Assembly: GCA_016197205.1 (NCBI GenBank)
Contig: JACPWG010000081.1
Coordinates: 151,657-215,656 of the forward strand
DNA length: 64,000 nucleotides
Reading direction: 5' to 3'
Source of the DNA: Planctomycetota bacterium
GTDB taxonomy: Bacteria > Planctomycetota > MHYJ01 > WSZJ01 > JACPWG01
Below the pieces are notes generated by a model, which was not told the DNA's origin, ran no database searches, and was given only the letters and a program-made list of their open reading frames with translations. Positions 56,445 to 64,000 of this stretch are shown one piece after another. The stretch's first letter is position 1; every line of letters starts with the position of its first letter. A program made the translations under genes and the position numbers.

Positions 56445-57827
56445 ATGACGCTCGACCAGCTCCGGGAAAAGGTGGCCGGCTTCCCCGACGGACCGGGCGT
56501 GTACCTGATGAAGGACGACCGCGGCCGGGTGCTCTACGTTGGAAAAGCGAAGTCGCTCCGCCAGCGCGTCGGGAGCTACTTCCAGCCGTCGGCGGATCAC
56601 GAACCGAAAGTGCAGGCGCTGGTCGAGGCCGTCCGCGACGTGGAGTTCCTCGACGCTCCGTCCGAAGTGGACGCCTTGCTGGCCGAAGCGCGGCTCATCA
56701 AGGACATCCAGCCGAAGTACAACGTCCAGCTCAAGGACGACAAGAGCTTCCCGCTCCTGGCGATCTCGAAGAACGAGGACTTTCCCCGCGTCGAGGTGAC
56801 GCGGGACGTGGACCCCAAGAACTGGCAGTACTTCGGCCCGTTCGCGAACGCGGGAGACTTGCGCGCGGCGCTGAAGATCCTGCAGGGGGTGTTCAAGTTC
56901 CGGACCTGCACGATCCCGATCCGCGAAGGGGACGACGCGCGGCGGTATTTCCGGCCGTGCATCCTGCACTCGATCCGGATGTGTACGGCGCCGTGCGCGG
57001 CCCTGATCGGCCGCGAGTCGTATGCGGAGGACATCGAGTCCTTGAAGACGATCCTCGCGGGTCGGCGGCGGGAGCTGGTACGCGAGCTCGAGGCGAAGAT
57101 GAAGGCGGCGGCCGAGGCGCGCCGCTACGAGCGCGCGGCGGGGTTTCGCGACCAGCTCCGGGCGATCGACAGCCTGGGACGCCGCGGCCGGTTTCGCGAC
57201 GTCTTCGACGGGGACGTGACGCCGATCGATCCTCGCGAGGGGACCGAAGGGCTGCGGCGCATGCTGGGGCTCGCGGGGACGCCGCGCACGGTCGAGGGGA
57301 TCGACATCGCGCACCTCGGCGGCGAGGACACGGTGGCGAGCCTGGTTTCGTTCGTCGACGGGGCCCCGTTCAAGCCGGGCTACCGCAGGTACCGGATCCG
57401 GTCGGTCGAAGGGATCCACGACCCCGCTTCCATGCGGGAGGTCGTGCGCCGGCGCTTCACGCGCCTGGTCGAGGAGGAATCGGTTTTTCCCGACGTGCTG
57501 CTCTTGGATGGAGGCCTGGGCCAGATGCACGCGGTCGAAGCGGAGTTCGGCGCGCTCGGCATCCGGCCGCCGCTCTTGCTCGCGCTCGCGAAGCACGAGG
57601 GGGACCACCTCTTCCGGAGCGGCGGGAACACGCCGTTGGAAGTCGACCGCCGGGACCCCGGCTTCCGGCTGCTGCAGCAGGTGCGGGACGAGGCGCACCG
57701 CTTCGCGCAGCACTACCACCACCTGTTGCGAAGAAAAAAGCTGGTGGGCGGCGAGAAGCCGCGTGCACGCGCCGCCGGGCGAGTCGGCCGGCGTGGCGGG
57801 AAGGCGTCGAAAGGCGGTGAGGCATGA
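56445..57827 (+). CDS. uvrC: Excinuclease ABC subunit C (short form without HhH tail)
   Basis: PGVYLMKD..YVGKAKSLR, LKDDKSFP, DGGLGQ, RDEAHRFA. Confidence 0.9.
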   Translation: MTLDQLREKVAGFPDGPGVYLMKDDRGRVLYVGKAKSLRQRVGSYFQPSADHEPKVQALVEAVRDVEFLDAPSEVDALLAEARLIKDIQPKYNVQLKDDKSFPLLAISKNEDFPRVEVTRDVDPKNWQYFGPFANAGDLRAALKILQGVFKFRTCTIPIREGDDARRYFRPCILHSIRMCTAPCAALIGRESYAEDIESLKTILAGRRRELVRELEAKMKAAAEARRYERAAGFRDQLRAIDSLGRRGRFRDVFDGDVTPIDPREGTEGLRRMLGLAGTPRTVEGIDIAHLGGEDTVASLVSFVDGAPFKPGYRRYRIRSVEGIHDPASMREVVRRRFTRLVEEESVFPDVLLLDGGLGQMHAVEAEFGALGIRPPLLLALAKHEGDHLFRSGGNTPLEVDRRDPGFRLLQQVRDEAHRFAQHYHHLLRRKKLVGGEKPRARAAGRVGRRGGKASKGGEA

Positions 57828-58027
57828 TGCGGACGCGCGCGTGGGGTTGGAAATGCCGACCCCGTCGCGCAAGGCCGACTGCGTGCCCGCGCGGCGAGAA
57901 ATGGCTCTCGGTCGCGCGCCGCGTCCCCGGCGGTCTTGAGGTACCCCGAAATCGCGTCCGTTCGATTCCTGCCGGGCGAAAATCCAGTCGATAATGACTT
58001 TGCGAGCTCCAAAATGAGGGACCTTCC

Positions 58028-59713
58028 TTGAGCGATCGACCGGTGGACAAACCGCCCGTGTCCGAGGCGCTGGCGGTCCGCCAGCTTCGGGTCGTCGAAG
58101 CGGTGGACACGATCTTCGATGTCGCCCGAAATGCGAGCGTCGACGAGGTCATCCCGAAGCTCTTCGCCCTGCTTCGGGCCGAGGTCCCCGGCTTCGGCTT
58201 TTTCGCGCGCACGACGCTGCCGGACTACGAGGAGAAGGACACCGGGGAGACGGTCGCGATGATCGAAAATGTCCTGGTGACGGAGGAGGCGGACCGGGAG
58301 GCGGCGCAGCGGGCGGCGGTCGAGGCGGAGGGGACGAAGGGGGAAGCCGCCTCGGTGACGTCCGGGAATTGCCTCCTCGTCCCGCTCCGGCGGCGCGGCG
58401 GACGGATCGGTTGGCTCGGAGCCGTGCGGCCGGCGGCAGCGGCGGATGGAGTGCCTGGGTCGTCCGCGGGGGCGTCCGCGCAGGCGAGCGAGACGGAATG
58501 GCTCCTGGCCGCGCTTACGACCGTCGCGCAGCGGCTCGACTCGGAGCTGGAGATCCACTCGCTCCGGCTGCACCGGCGCATCCTGGCGAGCAAGCTCAAT
58601 CGCGCCCTCGAGGACTACTACCTGGACCGGGGCATCAGCCGGGCCATCAACATCCTGATGGTGAACGGCGTCTGCGAGGGCGTTTACGTCGCCTACGACC
58701 GGTCGGGCCTGCAGGGGGAGCCGGACGTCTCTTCGCAGTTCCACTGGGTCTGGGGAGTGGAAGAAATGCGGCTGCCCCATGTCGAGGTCGAGACGTTCCT
58801 CAAGGATCCCTCGCTCGTGCCGGGCTGCGCGCGGGAGCGCATCGCGGGCGTGGCCGGGGGGCTCACCGTCCCGCTCCGCCGCCGCGACTTCGACGGCAAG
58901 CAGCAATGCTTCGGCTGCATCACGTTCATCGGCTCGGCCGTCGACTACAGCTCGCGCATGCTGCTGGAGGAGTTCGCCAACGTCCTCGATTCGGCGATGA
59001 TTAATTACCACGAGAAGCGACGCGAGCTCTCGCGGTTTCTGTCGCCTCCGCTCGTGCGTCAGTTGCTCCAGGGAGATCGCACGGAGATTGAGCGGCGCAT
59101 GGCGCCCCGGCCGCAGCTCCTCGCGCTCGCGTTCGCGGACATCGTCGGCTACAGCCGCCTGTGCAGCCGGTATCCGGAGAAGGCCCTCCAGACGGCGGCG
59201 CTGCTCTGCGAGTGGAAGCGGCTGGCGCGGGAAATCACCTACCGGCGCAACGGCATCGTGGACAAGTTCATCGGCGACTGCCTCTTCTATCAGTGCGGCG
59301 CGTGGACGAAGGACCCGCCCGAGCAGCTCGTGCTGGACGCGGCGGCGATCGCGCTGGACTGTTGCGAAGAGACGGAGAAGCTGGGCCGCTGCATGAGCGA
59401 CTACGGCTTTTCACAGGGGGACAGCCTGCGGCTCTCGGTGGGGATCCATGTCGGGAGCAGCCTGGTCGTGGGGGAGATCGGGGGGGAATTCACGGCCATC
59501 GGTTCGGACGTGAACATCGCCTCGCGCATCCAGGACGATGACTACACGAGCGGTCGGATCGTGGTGAGCCAGGCCGTGTACCAGCTCCTGGCCCCGTCCA
59601 TCCACCGCCTGGACCGGCCCGGACGCAAGGTCACCTTCGGCGAGCCCGCGAGCCTGGAGCTGAAGGGCGTGGGGCAGATGAAGGTGTACGCGCTCCAGGT
59701 GAATCCGGCGTAG
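58028..59713 (+). CDS. Class III adenylate/guanylate cyclase with GAF-like N-terminal region
   Basis: FADIVGYS, DKFIGD, GIHVG, GSDVNIASR, LKGV. Confidence 0.88.
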   Translation: MSDRPVDKPPVSEALAVRQLRVVEAVDTIFDVARNASVDEVIPKLFALLRAEVPGFGFFARTTLPDYEEKDTGETVAMIENVLVTEEADREAAQRAAVEAEGTKGEAASVTSGNCLLVPLRRRGGRIGWLGAVRPAAAADGVPGSSAGASAQASETEWLLAALTTVAQRLDSELEIHSLRLHRRILASKLNRALEDYYLDRGISRAINILMVNGVCEGVYVAYDRSGLQGEPDVSSQFHWVWGVEEMRLPHVEVETFLKDPSLVPGCARERIAGVAGGLTVPLRRRDFDGKQQCFGCITFIGSAVDYSSRMLLEEFANVLDSAMINYHEKRRELSRFLSPPLVRQLLQGDRTEIERRMAPRPQLLALAFADIVGYSRLCSRYPEKALQTAALLCEWKRLAREITYRRNGIVDKFIGDCLFYQCGAWTKDPPEQLVLDAAAIALDCCEETEKLGRCMSDYGFSQGDSLRLSVGIHVGSSLVVGEIGGEFTAIGSDVNIASRIQDDDYTSGRIVVSQAVYQLLAPSIHRLDRPGRKVTFGEPASLELKGVGQMKVYALQVNPA

Positions 59714-60018
59714 CGGCGAAGGCGGGCATGAAGGACGAGCCGTACAACTCGATGAACCTGACGGAGCTGATCCGGCTTCAGCAGGAGGTCTCGCAGCACA
59801 GCCCGAGTTGGAAGCAACAGCCGGTCGCTGGGAGGTTCTCCTCCGGCGGCGGGGAACACTTGAACCCGGTCCCGGCTCCTACCCGTCGCCGGCGCCGTCC
59901 ATGGGGCGCCGCTTGAGATCGTGGAGATCCCCTGCTGCGGCAAGCTCTGCATTCGCTCGCCCATTGGGCGAAGCTCCCCGCCGAAAACGGCGCGGCGGCA
60001 CGCGCTTTCTGGTGCGGG

Positions 60019-60771
60019 TTGCTGCCGCAGGTGACGATTGCCGCCGCGTTGTGGAGTTGCTGGACGTGGGGGACGCTTGGCGGCTTGGAATCGGAGCTCG
60101 CGTCTTGGGGGCGCCTTGGCCTTGCCGAGCGCACTCTGCTGGTCACTACGGTGCTTGCCCGACCCCCCATCCTCGTCTCCGCCGCGCTCGCATGCCTGGT
60201 CGGCGGCTTTGCCATCGCCCAACGACGCCGTTGCACGCAGGCAAGCTGCGCGCTTGTCTACGCGGCTGGAGCGATCTTCCTGGCCGCGCTCACGGCATGG
60301 CTTGTTGCATTCTCAGCCGTCATGACGGACCTCATCAAACAATTTCCTCCGCCCGTCGATTTCGAACCATGGATGGTCCTCCCACCGGCTGCTGCGCTCC
60401 TTCTGGTACTGCTTGCTGCAAGAATCGTCTCCAGCGACGTCGTCATCCCCGACGGCGACCGAACGACCTCCTTGCTCGCCGCACTTTCGCAATTGGTGAT
60501 CCTTGTGACGATCCTGGTCGGCGAAGCAAGTAGGCGAGCCTGCACGGACCTGGGCAAGGACTACCTCCGGGTCCTTGATCTGGTCCTGGGGGTGTGGCCG
60601 GCGACTGGCGTCGCCCTCGTCGGGTCGGCCGCGATCTGGCTGCTACCTGTGCTCCTGGGTGTTCGGGGTGCCCGCTACGGAGGCTGGCTGGTGCTCGCAT
60701 TCTCCTGTGCGACACTGCTGGTGGCGCAAGCAAGACTTCAAATGGTAGCGAGGTTTCTCGATATGAGTTGA
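60019..60771 (+). CDS. Hypothetical multi-pass membrane protein
   Basis: About seven hydrophobic segments; visibly less GC-biased codon usage; start uncertain. Confidence 0.5.
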   Translation: MLPQVTIAAALWSCWTWGTLGGLESELASWGRLGLAERTLLVTTVLARPPILVSAALACLVGGFAIAQRRRCTQASCALVYAAGAIFLAALTAWLVAFSAVMTDLIKQFPPPVDFEPWMVLPPAAALLLVLLAARIVSSDVVIPDGDRTTSLLAALSQLVILVTILVGEASRRACTDLGKDYLRVLDLVLGVWPATGVALVGSAAIWLLPVLLGVRGARYGGWLVLAFSCATLLVAQARLQMVARFLDMS

Positions 60772-60885
60772 CCGACCGGAGTGCTCATGCTTCGCCCCCT
60801 GCCCGCCCTGGCCCTGCGCTCGCACCCACATGAGCGCATTCGAGCAGCCGCCCGCTCACCAGTGGCAGATGCGCGCCGCGAGGCC

Positions 60886-61103
60886 GCACCGAACCGCGAG
60901 CGTGAGCGAGCGGTCCCGCGGCTCGCGACGATGACGCAACCCTTGAACTCGCTCACATCGCATCGATCGCCGGCCGACCGCAGGGTTGCCGCTCCCGGGA
61001 CTCATCGCGTCCATCGCCGCGCTTGAACGCGAGGATCCGCAATCGCAAATTGCGTCGTGGAAGGACGCCGCGGGACCGCTCGCTCACGCTCGCGGTTCGG
61101 TGC
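60886..61103. repeat. Family G inverted pair (REPIN-like)
   Basis: Perfect 36-bp inverted repeat at 60886-60921 / 61068-61103; related to the pair at 47214-47376. Confidence 0.8.
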
Positions 61104-61177
61104 ACGGCAGCGCCGTGCCGTGCAGTGCGCAGCAGCGCCGTCCCGCACCGGGGAGCCGCCCGGCCGCGCCCCCACCT

Positions 61178-63763
61178 TCACTTCCCCAGCACCCCGCCCG
61201 CCCCGCCCGAGATCAGCGACGCCACGTTCGCCAGCACGCGCGGCAGGGCCAGCCCGCCCGGGCACGCGAGGTACTTCGGCTCCCACTCGGGGCCGAACTT
61301 CTCCTTGAACCGGCGTAGCCCCTGGAAATTGTAGAAGTGCTCGCCGTGGCGGAAAAGCCGCGCCCCCAACCGGTGCCAGAGCGGCGCCAGCGCGCGGTCC
61401 TCCATGCCCGAAAGAGGCGCCATTCCCAGCGTGAAGCAGCCGTAGCCTTCCGCCTTCCCCCACAGCAGGAGCTGCACGATGAGGTACTCCATCACGCCCG
61501 ACGGCGCCGCGCCGCCGTACCGCATCAGGTCGATGGACAGCTCCTCCTTCCCCCCGCACGCGCCGCCGCCGCCGAGCCACACGTTCGCGAACGCGACCGT
61601 CCGCCCCTCCTTGTGAATCCGCGCGATCGGACAGAGCTTCAGGTATTCCGCGTCGAAGCGCCCCAGCGAGAAGCTCTTTTCGCGAGTCTTTTTTTCGCCG
61701 AGCCACTCGTCCGAGATCCGCGCGAGGTCCGGCAGCAGCGCCTGCGACTCCGGCGGCCGCACCACCTCGAACGCCCAGCCGTCGCGCTCCAGCTTCCGGA
61801 AGGACTGCCGGAGCCCCTTCCGTCCTTTCCCTTCGAGCGCAAACCCCGCGAGCGGTACCCGCGCCTCCTCGCCCAGCTTCAAAAGCGCGAGCCCCAGGTC
61901 GAGGTAGAGAGGCAGCCGGTTCGCCCGCACCTGGTAGAAGACCGACCACCCGCCGTGCCGCTCGCACTCCTCGCGAAAGCGCCAGACCAGGTCCGGCAGC
62001 TCGTCTTCCGGCCCCACCGGGTCCCCCATCGCCACCCAGCTCCGCCCTTCCACCCCGTACATCACGAAGGCGGTCCGCTCGTCGTTCCAGAGAAAGCCCT
62101 TGTCGCCGAGCAGCGCGAGGTGCGCCGTCGTCTCCGGGCTCCGCGTCACGAGCTCCCGTACCTTCGCGAACTCCTCCGCCGTCGGCGTCCGTGGCGCCGG
62201 CTGGCTGGAACGCAAGAGCCACGTAAGCGCGAAAAGCAACGCCGCGGCCGCGGCTCCGACGGTCCCGCGCAGGAAGCGAGGCGCATCCCCGGCGAAACTG
62301 AACCGCCACCAGAGCTCGTCCGAGTACTCCACATGCTTGTGCGCGAAGGCGCCCAGCCACGCGGTCCCCAGGACCACGACGAGCACCGCCGCGATCCAGC
62401 CCGGGGAGAAGCGTTCGCCGAAGAACCGCGTCCGCCGCCGGAAGTGCGCGCGGCCCGGGACGAGGGCGACGAGGACGATGCCGAGCCCGACGGCCTCCTC
62501 GTAGTCGATGCCCTTGCCGAGCGAAAAGGCCATGCCCGCCGCGAGCAAGAGAGCGGTGAACCACCACGCGGCGTCGAGTCGGCGCAACAGGCCGCGCGCG
62601 AGCAGCAGCAGGCCGGCCCCCGTCAGGCTGGACAGGAAATGGGACGCCTCGAGCACCGACAGCGGGAGGAGATTCGCCAGCCACTCGCGGCGCGCGACGA
62701 CCGCGGGCAGCGCGCCGGAGAGGAGGAGTGCCGCGCCGGAAGCGAACGCGAGGAAGGCGAAGAGCGGCGGCGCGACCGACGGCGCCAGGTCGCCCGCGAG
62801 GTCCGCCCACCGGCGTAGCCGTTCCCGGCCGCGCGCGGCCTCGTACCCGCCGAGGAGGAGCGCGGCCACCGCGAGCGGAGCGACGTAGTAGCAGAGCCGG
62901 TACGCCACCAGCGAGCCGACCAGCGCAGCCGCGGGCACTTCGCCCGCCAGCAGCGAGACCATCACCGCCTCGAACACCCCGACGCCGCCGGGGACCTGGC
63001 TCGTCACGCCCGCGAACTGCGCGAGCAGGAACACGCCGAGGAGGCCGAGAAATGTGACGTGCGAGGTCGCCGTCGCCGCAGGGAGCAGGACGAAAAGCAC
63101 GCCGCCCGCCAGCGTCCAGTCGGCGCACGCGAGCGCGACCTGGCCGGCGGCGAGCCTCGGGTCCGGGAGCGCGAACTCCCAGGCCCCGAGCCGCAGCGGT
63201 TCGCGCCGCACGGCGCTCCATGCCACGTAGGCGCCGGCGAGCGCGAGGAGGGCGAGGCCGAGCGGCAGCGTGGTCGCGAAGGGGAGGGGGACGGACGCCG
63301 GGAGGGGCATGGGCTCGACGACGAAGATGGCGCCGGCCGCGCCCGCGAGGCCGAGCCAGAAGGTGATTGCCCCGAAGGCGACGACGCGCGCGATGTCCGC
63401 GGCCGAGAGCCCCCACCCGGAGTAGAGGCGGTAGCGGATCGCGGCGCCCCCGAGCATCGAGAGGCCGAGGTTGTAGCTGAAGGCGTTGCCGAGGAAGGAG
63501 GCGAAGGCGACGCGGCGGAAAGGGAGGCGGCGGCCCGCGTAGGCGAGCGCGAGCCCGTCGAAGCCGACGAGGACGAGGTAGCCGAGGGCGGTGAGTCCGA
63601 GGGCGAGCAGGATGCGGAGGGCGGGGATCGCGCGGAGTTCCGTCGCGACCTCGCGGTAGTGGTGCTCGCGGAGCGCGTGGCGGAGGGCCCAGAGCGCGAC
63701 CGCGAAGAGCGCGACGCCGACGAGGGGCGCGGCGCGCAGGGCGAGCGACTTCAGTCGGGCCAT
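61178..63763 (-). CDS. mprF: Bifunctional aminoacyl-phosphatidylglycerol flippase/synthetase MprF
   Basis: PGGVGVFE, ASHFLSS, LLGDK, MGDPVG, SIDLMR, LGMAPLSG, FYNFQGLRRFKEKF. Confidence 0.95.
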   Translation of the reverse strand: MARLKSLALRAAPLVGVALFAVALWALRHALREHHYREVATELRAIPALRILLALGLTALGYLVLVGFDGLALAYAGRRLPFRRVAFASFLGNAFSYNLGLSMLGGAAIRYRLYSGWGLSAADIARVVAFGAITFWLGLAGAAGAIFVVEPMPLPASVPLPFATTLPLGLALLALAGAYVAWSAVRREPLRLGAWEFALPDPRLAAGQVALACADWTLAGGVLFVLLPAATATSHVTFLGLLGVFLLAQFAGVTSQVPGGVGVFEAVMVSLLAGEVPAAALVGSLVAYRLCYYVAPLAVAALLLGGYEAARGRERLRRWADLAGDLAPSVAPPLFAFLAFASGAALLLSGALPAVVARREWLANLLPLSVLEASHFLSSLTGAGLLLLARGLLRRLDAAWWFTALLLAAGMAFSLGKGIDYEEAVGLGIVLVALVPGRAHFRRRTRFFGERFSPGWIAAVLVVVLGTAWLGAFAHKHVEYSDELWWRFSFAGDAPRFLRGTVGAAAAALLFALTWLLRSSQPAPRTPTAEEFAKVRELVTRSPETTAHLALLGDKGFLWNDERTAFVMYGVEGRSWVAMGDPVGPEDELPDLVWRFREECERHGGWSVFYQVRANRLPLYLDLGLALLKLGEEARVPLAGFALEGKGRKGLRQSFRKLERDGWAFEVVRPPESQALLPDLARISDEWLGEKKTREKSFSLGRFDAEYLKLCPIARIHKEGRTVAFANVWLGGGGACGGKEELSIDLMRYGGAAPSGVMEYLIVQLLLWGKAEGYGCFTLGMAPLSGMEDRALAPLWHRLGARLFRHGEHFYNFQGLRRFKEKFGPEWEPKYLACPGGLALPRVLANVASLISGGAGGVLGK

Positions 63764-63933
63764 CGGATGGTTCCGCGACGATTGCGCGTCGAGCGCGAGG
63801 GTTGCGGATCCGCAGTCATCCTTTCCCCCGCAGGGGAGAGGGTTGGGGAGGAGGGGGCCTTCGGGCGTCGCGCCCGTGTCCGAGTCTGGGCGGCTACCCG
63901 CGTCCGGACCGGTGGGTGGAGGGCTTGTCCTCA

Positions 63934-64000
63934 GTACCGCCCCACGGAATTGGGTGACCCATTTGCCCGGCGATTTTGGCCGACCGCTTCCCCCCTTCGC
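63934..64000. mobile_element. MITE family A, copy 5 (partial, at window edge)
   Basis: TCA-GTACCGCCCCACGGAATTGGGTGACC matches the starts of copies 3 and 4. Confidence 0.75.

Overview
A GC-rich (roughly 70%, by eye) bacterial chromosome segment. The gene repertoire (HEAT/TPR proteins, Hanks kinases, short UvrC, GntR-ABC operon) suggests a Planctomycetota-like organism; this is an inference. About 43 CDS are supported, mostly housekeeping or accessory: aldehyde dehydrogenase, enoyl-CoA hydratase, Rieske ferredoxin, M1 aminopeptidase, RuvX, FHA/HD-GYP, two Ser/Thr kinases, a YtrA-type GntR-ABC operon, an RND pump, a giant S8 protease, a Flp pilin, DUF2252, TerC, DUF62-LarC-UvrC, a class III cyclase and MprF. 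No rRNA, tRNA, CRISPR array or transposase was recognised. Four observations stand out. (1) A thioredoxin-TPR gene is split by an in-frame TGA that falls at the first Cys of the CxxC motif (U-E-A-C) and is followed by a SECIS-like hairpin, so it is a probable unannotated selenoprotein. (2) The intergenic DNA is filled with several families of short non-autonomous TIR elements and REP-like palindromes that insert into one another; matched empty and filled sites and target-site duplications are visible within this window. (3) Two genes lose their 5' ends exactly at such repeats. (4) There is a candidate sRNA with an orphan terminator, a 35-aa membrane microprotein and a sigma54 promoter for the orphan pilin.
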